Positions 1-9,571 of a stretch of DNA of 60,221 nucleotides are shown here, in pieces. How positions within the stretch are numbered: the first letter of the stretch is position 1; each line of letters begins with the position of its first letter. The notes under the pieces are model-generated. The model saw nothing but the letters and a program-made list of their open reading frames with translations. It did no database searches and had not been told where the DNA came from. The stretch lies in assembly GCA_043746635.1 (NCBI GenBank), contig JAYTQQ010000160.1:1-60221 (forward strand), in the 5' to 3' direction. Source of the DNA: Bdellovibrionales bacterium (lineage in GTDB: Bacteria > Bdellovibrionota > Bdellovibrionia > Bdellovibrionales > JAMPXM01). A program made the translations under genes and the position numbers.

Positions 1-325
1 TCACTGATTTATCAGCAGCTAAGATCGCCGCCGTATCAGGTTTGTCTTTGATGACCTGGGCGATGAATGAAGTCACTTGATCCAGCGAAGTTGGCTTACC
101 ATTGAACGCGATCGATCCGTCGCGACCGATCGAAATATTTAAAGGAGTCGCTGGAGTGGTATCTCCGCTGGCGGCCTTAGGCAAATTGATATCGATACTC
201 GGCTTAAGCACGAGAGGTGCCGTCACCATAAAAATAATGAGCACAACAAGAATAACGTCAACGAGAGGTACAACGTTAATTGCCGAGATCGGTTCGTCGT
301 CTCCACCACCGAGTTGGCCAGCCAT
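1..325 (-). CDS. ExbD/TolR-family biopolymer transport protein (3' end runs off the window)
   Basis: Own translation of the minus strand from ATG at 325: MAGQLGGGDDEPISAINVVPLVDVILVVLIIFMVTAPLVLKPSIDINLPKA... This is a typical ExbD/TolR N-terminus with one TM helix. It starts 2 nt after the stop of the MotA/ExbB-family gene. It is absent from the ORF track because it is truncated. Confidence 0.75.
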   Translation of the reverse strand, partial: MAGQLGGGDDEPISAINVVPLVDVILVVLIIFMVTAPLVLKPSIDINLPKAASGDTTPATPLNISIGRDGSIAFNGKPTSLDQVTSFIAQVIKDKPDTAAILAADKSV

Positions 326-327
326 GA

Positions 328-960
328 TTAAGCCTTCCCTTTATTTTTTGCGTAAGCCACACAAAGCTCTTTTACACTTTCAAGACTTTGCATTTGGCCC
401 TTCACCGCTTTTTGAAAATAGTTGTAAGCAATTACCGCCGGAATCGCAACGACGAGACCGATAGCCGTCGAAATCAAAGCTTCGGCAATTCCGAGCATGA
501 CCGCTTCGTTACCCGCTGTTACGTTGGCGGACAAATCTTTGAAGGCTTTCATGATACCGAGAACCGTTCCGAGAAGTCCTAAAAACGGAGCGTTCGAACC
601 AACCGTTGCTAAAAAATTCAACGAACGTTCGAGGACTGGTTTTTCGATTAGAGCATAAGAATTGAAAATCTCTTCGAGGCCGTTCGCTCCGTTTTCTTTT
701 ACGTGTCTGAGGCCGTAAGAAAGGCCGCGGCCTTCGAGCGAGTCGCGATCCTTACTTAGCTCTTCGAGTTCAGAGAGATTGTTCGACTGAAGAACTTCTC
801 TAAGTCTAGATTTGATTTTTTTGCTCGCTGAAGCCACTTGCCTAAGCGTGAAAAGTCTTTCGAGAATAGTCGCGATGCTAAGGACGCTAAGGGCAACCAT
901 GATCCACAAGATTACTTCGGATCCGCCTTGTGCAATATTAAAAAGTTTCTCTGTGAGCAT
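328..960 (-). CDS. MotA/TolQ/ExbB-family proton channel protein
   Basis: 210 aa with three TM segments and the conserved C-terminal block LATVGSNAPFLGLLGTVLGIMKAF...GIAEALISTAIGLVVAIPAVIAYNYF. It lies directly upstream of an ExbD/TolR-like gene. Confidence 0.85.
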   Translation of the reverse strand: MLTEKLFNIAQGGSEVILWIMVALSVLSIATILERLFTLRQVASASKKIKSRLREVLQSNNLSELEELSKDRDSLEGRGLSYGLRHVKENGANGLEEIFNSYALIEKPVLERSLNFLATVGSNAPFLGLLGTVLGIMKAFKDLSANVTAGNEAVMLGIAEALISTAIGLVVAIPAVIAYNYFQKAVKGQMQSLESVKELCVAYAKNKGKA

Positions 961-1042
961 GAACTCTCCTGATGAAATTATTAGGTCAATAAAGAATTGC
1001 CTTCACTCAATTATCTCTAGAGTGTAAAGATGGGGTCAAGAT

Positions 1043-2911
1043 ATGAATGAAGAGAGCAGTCAAGTTATGGATCTAAAATTAAATGGGCTTTGGTCTTGTT
1101 TAAGTCTGTGCTTCGCAGTCACTCTTTCGTCGTGCTCATTCAATGCGAGCCGATCCCCTTCCATACTTGTGATTATGGTTGATCAACTTGGATTTCATAA
1201 TGTTTCTTGTCTAGAAAACTCAGAAGAAAACCTTAAGACGAATCCTTGGCAGGGGGCTTCTGGCTTTCAAATTCTGTGCAATGAATCTGTTCGATTCACG
1301 CATGCTTACACGTCGTCGACCCTCAGCATGAGTGCAGCGGCTTCGATATTTTCTGCGAAATATCCTCTTGAACATGGTTTGAGGCATAATGGGAATCAGT
1401 TTCTAAGTTCTCAATTTCAAACCGTGGCCGAAGCTGCCATTTCAAAAAATTATCGCACAAGTTTTTTCTCTGGAGGTCCGCCGATTTTCAGGAAGTCAGG
1501 CCTCGGTCAAGGTTTTGAAATTTTCGAAGATAATATTCAAGTTAATTTGAAAAGATTTTATCGTCCGGCGAGCGAGAGCATCAAATTATTTTTGAATTGG
1601 CTAGAACAAGAAAGTTCGAGGCATCCATTTTTTTCGACGCTCTACTTTGCTGATTTGCAATTTGAAGATGTTCCAACGACGAATTCTCTAGGCGAAATTC
1701 GCGAAGCCTCATTTTCAAGTCAAATTGAATATCTCGATGAATCACTAGGAACGCTTTTTCAGGAAATGAAGAAAAAGAAAATTTGGGATTCAACGAATAT
1801 CGTCGTCGTCGGATTATCTGGTCACGGCTCAGAAGAGCGCGAAGATTTGCGGGCGTTAAGTCTCTATAGCGAAGGCACCCATGTGACTCTTTTTGTAAAG
1901 CCAGAGGGTGAACAAAAGAAATCACTCGGAAATTTCGATACGGACATTTCGCTCGTCGATTTGGGCGCTACTCTTTTCGACTGGCTCGGCGGGACCCCTT
2001 CGGTTTCAAAAGAGTCGGCGCTCAAACCTGTTTCTTTCAAAGGTTCATTGAAGGATCGGATTGTATCGGAGCAAAACAAAAGATTTATTCTTTCAGAAAC
2101 GGCTTGGTCAAAATGGAGAAACTTAGGCGAAATCAGATACGCAATTCGAGCTAGCAATCTTCTTGTTTTTAATGATCGAGTACTAAGAGTTTTTGATACG
2201 CTAGAGGATAACACCGAACTGACCAATCTCGGAAAATCGGGCTTTCGAAACGCAGCTCTTCCTACGATTCTAAATTTCTTCACTGACAAAGAGCTTCCTG
2301 GATTTGATCCGCTGACTGCAGAACTAAAATCAAAATTTCTGATCGCGAAAGAGTTATGGCGGGGAGTAAAGCCTAGCAACGAACTTCTGATGCGACTCGC
2401 AGAACTCTCACAGAAGAATCCGCAAGATGCCCAACTCATAAACTGGAGGGCGATTTGGGACATCAGGCTTGACCGTTGGAAGCAGCTCAAGATTCTCGGT
2501 TCGAAAGATTATAATCCCGTTTGGGAATTCGTGGCCCTTAGGAATTTAAACGAAAAGGCTGAGGCGCCGACAGATCCCTGTTTGAACCTCGTAAAAGAAT
2601 ATTCAAACGGTTTATCGAATTTGAATCCCCATGACTGTAAATCAGAAGAATTTATCGATTTGGTCACCTGGCTTGACGACTCCCAATCGCTTTCTCTCAG
2701 GCAAAGAGCGATGGAAAGTTTCTTAAGAATTCACACCGATAAGATTTTGTTCGACCGGGTCGCCGAGCTGAATTATTTAGTCGGAATGACTTGGGACGTA
2801 AGCCTATCGTTTCCGAAAGAGCCATCGATTTCAGATTTAGTTTTGGCCTTGCCCGAGAATAGAAAATATCGACAGATTTTAGTGAAGAGACTTGTCGAAC
2901 TGAGTCTGTAG
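1043..2911 (+). CDS. sulfatase/alkaline-phosphatase-superfamily lipoprotein with a degenerate active-site motif
   Basis: N-terminal lipobox (AVTLSS-C) followed by the sulfatase-like block ILVIMVDQLGFHN...HAYTSSTLSMSAAASIFSAKYPLEHG. The long C-terminal region is unrecognised. The start may be the internal Met at 1067. Confidence 0.6.
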   Translation: MNEESSQVMDLKLNGLWSCLSLCFAVTLSSCSFNASRSPSILVIMVDQLGFHNVSCLENSEENLKTNPWQGASGFQILCNESVRFTHAYTSSTLSMSAAASIFSAKYPLEHGLRHNGNQFLSSQFQTVAEAAISKNYRTSFFSGGPPIFRKSGLGQGFEIFEDNIQVNLKRFYRPASESIKLFLNWLEQESSRHPFFSTLYFADLQFEDVPTTNSLGEIREASFSSQIEYLDESLGTLFQEMKKKKIWDSTNIVVVGLSGHGSEEREDLRALSLYSEGTHVTLFVKPEGEQKKSLGNFDTDISLVDLGATLFDWLGGTPSVSKESALKPVSFKGSLKDRIVSEQNKRFILSETAWSKWRNLGEIRYAIRASNLLVFNDRVLRVFDTLEDNTELTNLGKSGFRNAALPTILNFFTDKELPGFDPLTAELKSKFLIAKELWRGVKPSNELLMRLAELSQKNPQDAQLINWRAIWDIRLDRWKQLKILGSKDYNPVWEFVALRNLNEKAEAPTDPCLNLVKEYSNGLSNLNPHDCKSEEFIDLVTWLDDSQSLSLRQRAMESFLRIHTDKILFDRVAELNYLVGMTWDVSLSFPKEPSISDLVLALPENRKYRQILVKRLVELSL

Positions 2912-2927
2912 ATTCTTCTCTAGTAAG

Positions 2928-3743
2928 CTAGAATACTTCAGGCTTAATTCCGGTTTTGCGTTCAAGCTTTGAAGCGATCGTGTATAGAGTATCCTCGTCG
3001 CAAGCGATGAGACCACTACTTGATGGAGTATGCGTGAGCGTACTAATAAAAACTCTACGAGGCTTCATGAGACCGATCACTTCAATCCACTCTTCGATGT
3101 CTGTGGGCTTCGTATTGTCGAGAGCGCCTTGAACGAAAAAGCTTTGAAGACTTAAATTCTTTACGGATTGAGAGGTCGAAATCAAATGCGATACGGTTGA
3201 ACGTACGAGCGGAGCATTCATCTCTTTTAGCAAACGATCATTTCCGACATCTAATTTGAAAACTATTGAGTCTAAGCGATTTGCGGCTTCAAGAACTTTG
3301 CGTTGATCAAGGTGAGCGCCGTTGGTGAGCAAAAGAGTTTTTGCCGTTGAAAAATATTTTCCACGAAGCTTTAAAATAATTTCGATAGCTTCGGTAAGAT
3401 AAGGATAAAGTGTGGGCTCACCATTTCCTGAAATGTGAATAGCATCGATTTGAACTTTTTGATCAGAGAGTTTTGCAAATTCGTGATCAAGTTGAAATTC
3501 GAGTCCGTCGAGGCTTGCGTAAGGACCATCTTTTTTCACTCGGTTCAATCGCATTTTTGTGCGACCGAGATCACAATATGGACAATCGAATGAACAAATT
3601 TTATTGCCGGTGCCTAAGAGATTAATTCCGAGTGATGAATTAAATCCAAACTGCTTAATGGGACCATAACAAATTCCCATTTGAGTTGGATCAGTATATG
3701 AAAAATCACCGTATTCTTTTTTAAAATCAAAAGCTGCTGACAT
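2928..3743 (-). CDS. radical SAM protein (small, no SPASM-type C-terminal extension)
   Basis: CxxxCxxC cluster motif in ICSFDCPYCDLG, preceded by GPIKQFGFNSSLGINL and followed by ISGNGEPTLYP (SAM-binding GGE-like motif). 271 aa. Last gene of the FHA operon. Confidence 0.85.
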   Translation of the reverse strand: MSAAFDFKKEYGDFSYTDPTQMGICYGPIKQFGFNSSLGINLLGTGNKICSFDCPYCDLGRTKMRLNRVKKDGPYASLDGLEFQLDHEFAKLSDQKVQIDAIHISGNGEPTLYPYLTEAIEIILKLRGKYFSTAKTLLLTNGAHLDQRKVLEAANRLDSIVFKLDVGNDRLLKEMNAPLVRSTVSHLISTSQSVKNLSLQSFFVQGALDNTKPTDIEEWIEVIGLMKPRRVFISTLTHTPSSSGLIACDEDTLYTIASKLERKTGIKPEVF

Positions 3744-3769
3744 TCTTTCTTATCGGCATTCTTTTGTAT

Positions 3770-4456
3770 TTAAAGAGAGAAAGAAATCAGTCCTAGCCAA
3801 AAGGCTAACTGCGGATTTAGTTTAGAAAGTTGCTGGCTCATAAGATCGAGCTCGAATTCGTTTGGATTCAATTGATAGATCTCGCGCGGGAGTTGAGAGT
3901 GGCTGAGCAGAACCAGTTGATCTTCATTTTGTGGCCGAAAGCTATTAATTGTTAGATTTAAACTTGAATCGAGTCCTAACAGCTGATTCGGAAGGCTCGG
4001 CATCAACTCTTCGTCGGCGCTCATATCAAATGAAAGGTCCATCGCGCCGGCGAGGGTAATCACTTGCCTTGATTTGCGGGCGAGCAAGATCTGGGGCTGT
4101 CCGATCTGAATCCAAACGAGTTCTCCGTCGGAGAGCGACATCGTGAAAAGCTCAACCCCGTTTCGATATTCGACATGATTATCTTCACGAAAAATACTTT
4201 CGTTCGCGAGGAGTACGGCGATTCGCAAATTATTCGCCCCAGATGAAAGGCACGATAGTCTCTGAAAGGGAGTTGTCGCCTCGCGATCCTCATTACAAAG
4301 AATGAGGTACTCGAGAATTCGATCGATAGCTTTTTTTCCTGCATCGCGATTCCCCCATGGGGTCGCAACAATTAAAGTTTTATCATCGATGTGAACTTCA
4401 GGTGTAGGCCTAAATTGCTTGCCACTATAAGGTCGGTACGCAAATTTGAAATTCAT
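3770..4456 (-). CDS. hypothetical protein, possible degenerate PP2C-like fold (pseudophosphatase candidate)
   Basis: 228 aa. By-eye alignment to PP2C motifs: TPWGNRDAGKKA vs DGMGGHxAGExA, IQIGQPQILLAR vs VGDSRxYLLR, LLSHSQL vs LCSDGL. The metal-binding Asp positions are substituted. Its start overlaps the stop of the upstream FHA gene by 1 nt (TAATG). Confidence 0.45.
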   Translation of the reverse strand: MNFKFAYRPYSGKQFRPTPEVHIDDKTLIVATPWGNRDAGKKAIDRILEYLILCNEDREATTPFQRLSCLSSGANNLRIAVLLANESIFREDNHVEYRNGVELFTMSLSDGELVWIQIGQPQILLARKSRQVITLAGAMDLSFDMSADEELMPSLPNQLLGLDSSLNLTINSFRPQNEDQLVLLSHSQLPREIYQLNPNEFELDLMSQQLSKLNPQLAFWLGLISFSL

Positions 4457-6426
4457 TAGTGACTTCCGTAGGCTTTTAATTTGCTCTTAGCTTTTCGATA
4501 ATACTCGCCATCGGGACGATCAAGCTCGGTAATCTGTTTCCATTTTTCGAGTGCGCTTTCAACTCTTGAGTTACCCTCGTAAATTGTGGCGGTCGCGAAA
4601 AGCTCTTTGAGTTGGGCATCGAGGTCAGTTCGATATTTTCGAATCAGCGAGTTTACTTTAGAATTGTTTGCATCAATTTTTTGTGCTTTGATAAGTTCGC
4701 CAATCGCCACTTTTAAATTATTTTGGTCGGCGTACTTTTGCCCGGTACGAATATACTCATCTGCTTTTTGAACGAGACTTTGCTTGATCGATGCGATTTT
4801 TCTTGTTGCTTCAGTCTTACGATTTTCAGGATCAGGCAAAGTCGTATGCGACAGTCTTTCGTACGCATCAATTGCGTGTAGGAGTTCACCTTTTGCTTCA
4901 AGACTTCGAGCATGGTTATACATTTCTCGAGCCCGTTGAACGCGTGCTCGATAATCTGCTTTCACGCTTGCACGCTCAGTGGCATCGGAGATGCGCTTGA
5001 GAACCCGATCCTTTTGAATATTAATCTCGTCATTACCTGGATCTAAATTGATGGCCTCTTCTAAGCACTGATCGATGGCTTGTTCTGAAGTTGCCGTCTG
5101 TGAAACTTGATTGCAACGATATAAAATCTCGCTGAGTCGTTTGCTTACCTCTTCGGCGCGCTTACGCTCGCTTTCGATTTTTGCGATTTTTCCTTCGTTG
5201 TCGAGCGCTGTCTGGCACTGGGCCATCAAATTTCTTGAATCTTGATAGGGCTCATCTCCCAGAATTTCTGCAATTTTTTGAAGTTGCGCTTGGGCATTTG
5301 AATATTTACCCTGAAGCAGAAAGTTATTGGCCAAATTATACGAATCAACGACGAGCTGCCTTTGGGCCGAAGATAAATGATCAAACTTATTTGTAGCGCC
5401 CGTTACTTGGTTTGCGTCATCTTTTTTCTTGTTTCCATCGCTGAATATAAATAGACCAAAGATGATAACGATCACGATGGCCGCGTAAACTAAAAGCTTC
5501 TTTTTGCTTTGATCGGGTTGTCGCGTATGCGAAAGAGAATTCATGCCTTGATAGTGAAGAGGAATCGCTCCGCCATCTCCCGCATAAGATCCAGGCATGA
5601 AGCTTGGGTGGAGATACGCGGGCTCTTTTTCAATTATCAATGCAGGAGAATTGATGAAATTCTCAGATAAACCTTGAATACGCTCTTTGAAGCTTGGATC
5701 TCTTAATTCAAAGTGAATCGTTAGCGACTGGACCGAAATGATGTCACCACTCTTTAGAGGCAGGCGCGAAGAAACGCGTCCGCCATTGATGAGAGTACCA
5801 TTCGAACTTCCAGCGTCGGTAATGTAGTAGATATCTTCTTCGAAATCGATTCGAAATTGTTTGCGACTTGCGGTTGCATCTTTAAGAACGATTGAGCAGT
5901 TTTCGTCGCGCCCAGCGATCCAGGATTTACCCTCAAGTCTTAGAACTTCATCTTGTTGATTTGGTCCAGAGATACGAAGGTAAGGAACCCCGATGAAAAC
6001 TCCTGCGGAGGTAATTTCGTTGTCGCCCTGAAAATTTTCATCGAATTCTTGTGGCACCTCAGTCGGAATAATCGCGAGGGCTTTCGAGAACGTTTGCGGT
6101 TCTATTGCGGCTTCCTCTTTGTGTTGTGAATCTTCGAGAGCAATAAAATCATAAGGAGAAAGCTTAAACGCATCGTGTACCGTTAGCGTAAATCCTGTTG
6201 AGGGCTGTCCGTCTTTGGTTAAATTTCCAAATTTTGAAAGCACTTGCACATGCCAAGAATCATCAACAAATTGAATTTTAAAATGCTGACGAGAAATCCC
6301 CGGAAGATCATCGAGAACGATATCGCACGTCGGAGCACGACCAACGACATACTCGCGCCCTGGCCCTGGCTCTAGCATGAGCTCTCTAAATTCACTACCA
6401 TGTTTTCGAATTTTTATCTTTAACAT
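4456..6426 (-). CDS. membrane protein with two N-terminal FHA domains and a C-terminal TPR/coiled-coil region
   Basis: FHA 1: YVVGRAPTCDIVLDDLPGISRQHFKIQF. FHA 2: WIAGRDENCSIVLKDATASRKQFRIDF...SSNGTLINGGRV. One TM helix (LLVYAAIVIVIIFGLFIF), then helical repeats. Confidence 0.85.
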   Translation of the reverse strand: MLKIKIRKHGSEFRELMLEPGPGREYVVGRAPTCDIVLDDLPGISRQHFKIQFVDDSWHVQVLSKFGNLTKDGQPSTGFTLTVHDAFKLSPYDFIALEDSQHKEEAAIEPQTFSKALAIIPTEVPQEFDENFQGDNEITSAGVFIGVPYLRISGPNQQDEVLRLEGKSWIAGRDENCSIVLKDATASRKQFRIDFEEDIYYITDAGSSNGTLINGGRVSSRLPLKSGDIISVQSLTIHFELRDPSFKERIQGLSENFINSPALIIEKEPAYLHPSFMPGSYAGDGGAIPLHYQGMNSLSHTRQPDQSKKKLLVYAAIVIVIIFGLFIFSDGNKKKDDANQVTGATNKFDHLSSAQRQLVVDSYNLANNFLLQGKYSNAQAQLQKIAEILGDEPYQDSRNLMAQCQTALDNEGKIAKIESERKRAEEVSKRLSEILYRCNQVSQTATSEQAIDQCLEEAINLDPGNDEINIQKDRVLKRISDATERASVKADYRARVQRAREMYNHARSLEAKGELLHAIDAYERLSHTTLPDPENRKTEATRKIASIKQSLVQKADEYIRTGQKYADQNNLKVAIGELIKAQKIDANNSKVNSLIRKYRTDLDAQLKELFATATIYEGNSRVESALEKWKQITELDRPDGEYYRKAKSKLKAYGSH

Positions 6427-6431
6427 GTTAG

Positions 6432-7568
6432 TTACTCATCTCCCTTAACGTAAGTATCGCAAACGCGCTTCAACGAAATTGCCTCTTTGTAACGTAGATC
6501 ACTTTCATTTCGAATTTCTATCAGTACCTTTTCAAGTGCGGCTGAACAACGTGGATACATCTGCTTCTCATGATATTGTTTTCCCAGCTCAAGTTGGGAA
6601 GCAATAAATTCTTCGCGCGAGCGAAAAGCATATTCACGGTATCTGCCCGCAAGTTTATGCGTGGGATCAATTGCGAGTGCTGTTTCAAATGAGCGAATGG
6701 CCCTTGAGTATTGGCGCTGACTGTAATCGCGAAAGCCTTCTAGATAGTGCTTATTCGCTTCAACGTACTTCGTATGTTCTTCTACTGAGCTGAATTTTTT
6801 GGTTCCGAAATATTCGGTGAAGAGTCCGAGAGAATCTTCGAAGTCTTTGGTCGCTGCTTGAAAATCTAGTTTTAAGAATTTTTCGCTTCCGTTCATGAGC
6901 TTCTTGTTGGCTTGTTCATAATGAGCTTTTGCATCGGCAGAATCAAGCTTCTTAACCGCGATATCTTCTGCGGACTGTGCTTCGGCTCTCTTGATTTCGG
7001 CATCAATTTTGTCTTGATTCCGAGTGGTCGCTTCAATTATTTTTGGGGCTGAAGAAGTTGATAAAAAGTACACAAGCCCACTTAAGAGAATTGTCGCGAC
7101 AATATAGAATGTGACTTTGCTACTTCCACCTTGTTGTTTGCCCTTATTTGATGAGCGAGGTCGTCCCGGCACGCCAGGAGATCTCATCGGCAAATTTGGA
7201 TTTACTACCTGCAAGTGTTGTCCTTGGGGATTTGCCTGAACCATTTCGGCTTTGAACAGAAAAGTCGTGTCGCCAAGTTCAATCGTATCTCCGTGTTTCA
7301 GTTCGACGGAGCTGACTTGGTGTGAATTGACGAGAGTCGTTTTCTTCGAGCTTAAGTCTTCGATGGATATACGGTCGTGGAGAACGTGAATGACGGCTTG
7401 TTGGCGACTACATTTTCCGTCTGGTAGAACGATATGGCATGAAGGATCCCGACCAATCAACACCTTCGGTGGAATAATCTGAAACGAAGCCCCGCGATCG
7501 GGACCATTCGTAATCGTCAGAGTCACTCTGACTTTTGTTGCCTGTAAATTTACCGCTGAAGAAGACAT
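6432..7568 (-). CDS. membrane protein with an FHA domain and a TPR-like region
   Basis: VLIGRDPSCHIVLPDGKCSRQQAVIHV...TTLVNSHQV (FHA), a Pro/Gly/Ser-rich linker, a TM helix (FYIVATILLSGLVYFL), then a TPR-like C-terminus (AIRSFETALAIDP). Confidence 0.85.
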   Translation of the reverse strand: MSSSAVNLQATKVRVTLTITNGPDRGASFQIIPPKVLIGRDPSCHIVLPDGKCSRQQAVIHVLHDRISIEDLSSKKTTLVNSHQVSSVELKHGDTIELGDTTFLFKAEMVQANPQGQHLQVVNPNLPMRSPGVPGRPRSSNKGKQQGGSSKVTFYIVATILLSGLVYFLSTSSAPKIIEATTRNQDKIDAEIKRAEAQSAEDIAVKKLDSADAKAHYEQANKKLMNGSEKFLKLDFQAATKDFEDSLGLFTEYFGTKKFSSVEEHTKYVEANKHYLEGFRDYSQRQYSRAIRSFETALAIDPTHKLAGRYREYAFRSREEFIASQLELGKQYHEKQMYPRCSAALEKVLIEIRNESDLRYKEAISLKRVCDTYVKGDE

Positions 7569-7571
7569 TAC

Positions 7572-9230
7572 TTAATGACCCCCTTCAGTTTGATTTTTAT
7601 GAATAGTGATAACGAAGTAAACGGGCTCTGCCACCGCGAAAACTGCACGGCCCGAAATGGTATGTTCGATTCCGTCAAAGGGAATTTGGCTGAGAGCCTT
7701 CTCGTCTGGTTGCGCTCTGAGGCTATGAATCAGCTGAATAATATTTTGTCTCAGCGCAGGATCTGAAAGTTCGGAAATGAGCAAGCCCGTCAAAACCAGG
7801 TTTGAGTTGATGAGTTTGTCGAAAGCCTCGTTGACCGAAATTATTTTCGAATCAACCGCAGAAATAGCCATTGCTGGATTATCAATGATCGAAATTAACT
7901 GCACGGCCTCATTGTGTCGCTGTTGAAAGTTAACCTGAACAGCTTCTGAACCTCCAGCGTTTGCCACACGAGTAAGGGTGCTCGACATATTAGATACGAG
8001 GCGATTTAAAATAGGGTATTTATAATCAGTTTGAACATTATCGTGACCATCTCTGAGCGCTTCATCAAGTTGTTCATTAAGCTGTAATATAGGATGCTCG
8101 ATGATTCTCATAAGTAAGAAGTAAAGCAAGAATCCAAATATAAGAGAGATCGCAAAAGTCTCAACGAAGAGACTAAATGTCTGCTCGGTACGAATGCCAA
8201 CGGCCGATAAGTCGTAGATCACGATGGCGTAAGCGATCGCCGTCTGTTCGCCTCGACCAGCGTCGTATGAAATAATAGGTGTGCTTGCTCCGATGAGCGA
8301 GTGTCCGAGAGATTTGTGAAATTCTTTTCCTTCGCGGCGAGCTTCCCTAAAGAAAGAATTCTCGGCATCTTGTTGTCGTAAATTAACGGGAGCAATGACG
8401 TGGCCATCCTTCGCCGAAATGATCGCAGCGACAGACACTCCATCCTCGATTTCGGCAGTTCGGGTGCTCACAGAAACTTCGAGATTGTCGATGACGGCTT
8501 GACGATTATTTTGGGCAAGACCACGAGCAATCGTGACCGCTCGTCTCGTGCTCTCAGCTTCAATGGTATGCGAAATCGTTGTCGTCATGGGAATCGTCGC
8601 GAGTGAGGTCACCATGAAAATAAACACGACAATAAAAATACCGATAACCCAGCGAAACTCGATCGACTGGGCAAATGTATAAACTCCCGGAAGCGCAACA
8701 GACTCAACATAATTTTCGAGAAGAGTTTTCAGATTTTGAAAGAAGTCTCCATTGTTTTGAGGCGCTGGCTGATGCTCTTCAGTATGAGCAAACTGATTTG
8801 CGCTCATATAAGGATTGAGTTGATCTTGCATCTGCGGTGCCGCACTTGAATTCCACGTTGGAATTTGAGGGGCATCGTATTCTGGACCTGGGCCGAGCGG
8901 AGGACGGTTTGCCTTTTGATGATGAGAGAGGAGTGCCACATCTGGAAGTTTCAAAATATCGATGAGGATATCTTTCAGCGCAATCTTATCACCGATATTC
9001 ACGCGTTGATTTTGAATCTTCACGCCGTTTACAAAAGTACCGTTGCGTGAATTCAAATCACTTAAGATAATCTTGTCGTCAGTCAAAAAAACCTGGGCGT
9101 GTTCTTTCGAAACACCATTTGATTGAATTTTAATTTCGCACTGAGGAGCACGACCAATCGAATTCTTACCCATTTTTAGTGGGTAGATTTGACCAGCTTG
9201 TGCGCCGCTCAGAATTCTAATCGCCCACAT
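7572..9230 (-). CDS. FHA-domain sensor-like membrane protein (FHA, TM, periplasmic domain, TM, HAMP, PAS-like; no output domain)
   Basis: NSIGRAPQCEIKIQSNGVSKEHAQVF...SRNGTFVNGVKI (FHA). Two TM helices flank about 150 aa. HAMP-like RIIEHPILQLNEQLDEAL. PAS-like IIDNPAMAISAVDSKIISVNEAFDKL. I use the ATG at 9230 (GGAG 9 nt upstream); the track start at 9245 is a TTG. Confidence 0.8.
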   Translation of the reverse strand: MWAIRILSGAQAGQIYPLKMGKNSIGRAPQCEIKIQSNGVSKEHAQVFLTDDKIILSDLNSRNGTFVNGVKIQNQRVNIGDKIALKDILIDILKLPDVALLSHHQKANRPPLGPGPEYDAPQIPTWNSSAAPQMQDQLNPYMSANQFAHTEEHQPAPQNNGDFFQNLKTLLENYVESVALPGVYTFAQSIEFRWVIGIFIVVFIFMVTSLATIPMTTTISHTIEAESTRRAVTIARGLAQNNRQAVIDNLEVSVSTRTAEIEDGVSVAAIISAKDGHVIAPVNLRQQDAENSFFREARREGKEFHKSLGHSLIGASTPIISYDAGRGEQTAIAYAIVIYDLSAVGIRTEQTFSLFVETFAISLIFGFLLYFLLMRIIEHPILQLNEQLDEALRDGHDNVQTDYKYPILNRLVSNMSSTLTRVANAGGSEAVQVNFQQRHNEAVQLISIIDNPAMAISAVDSKIISVNEAFDKLINSNLVLTGLLISELSDPALRQNIIQLIHSLRAQPDEKALSQIPFDGIEHTISGRAVFAVAEPVYFVITIHKNQTEGGH

Positions 9231-9567
9231 ATAGCTCGTCTCCAATATCGACCTTGTTTGCTTTCAATGTCCCAGCAGGAAGTTCAATGACTGAGCTTGC
9301 TCGCCAGACCATTGGAGAAAGTCTCCAAGGTTTCATATTTTCAAGGGTCCTCTGCACTTTCATATTCTTATCTACAAAGATGGTATCAATTGCGAAATTC
9401 ATAAAACAGGTATGGACACATCGGGTATTATCGAAAAATATTGCCGACCCTGGTTGCATCGACTGATCAAACATCAAGCCTTTAAGCTTCGAAAAATAAT
9501 TATCAGCAAATCGCAGGGACGCTGCAATCTGAGAGTCTGATTTTGATCTGTTCAAAAGCTTCTTCAT
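9217..9567 (-). CDS. DUF192-family protein
   Basis: Motifs KGLMF...ALD-like FAIDTIFVDKNMKV...IELPAG are characteristic of DUF192 (COG1430). ATG at 9567; the track start at 9582 is a TTG overlapping the upstream gene. Confidence 0.65.
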   Translation of the reverse strand: MKKLLNRSKSDSQIAASLRFADNYFSKLKGLMFDQSMQPGSAIFFDNTRCVHTCFMNFAIDTIFVDKNMKVQRTLENMKPWRLSPMVWRASSVIELPAGTLKANKVDIGDELYVGD

Positions 9568-9571
9568 TTGG

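Noticed and set aside
102-464. A 120-aa plus-strand ORF at the left edge.
   Set aside because: It is antisense to the exbD-like and exbB-like genes, whose translations carry clear family motifs.
2928-3743. The radical SAM gene as an anaerobic sulfatase-maturating enzyme for the neighbouring sulfatase-like lipoprotein.
   Set aside because: The two genes are convergent, not co-transcribed. The radical SAM protein is only 271 aa, with no SPASM/twitch auxiliary-cluster extension. The sulfatase-like protein lacks the C/S-x-P-x-R target motif. The radical SAM gene belongs to the FHA operon instead.
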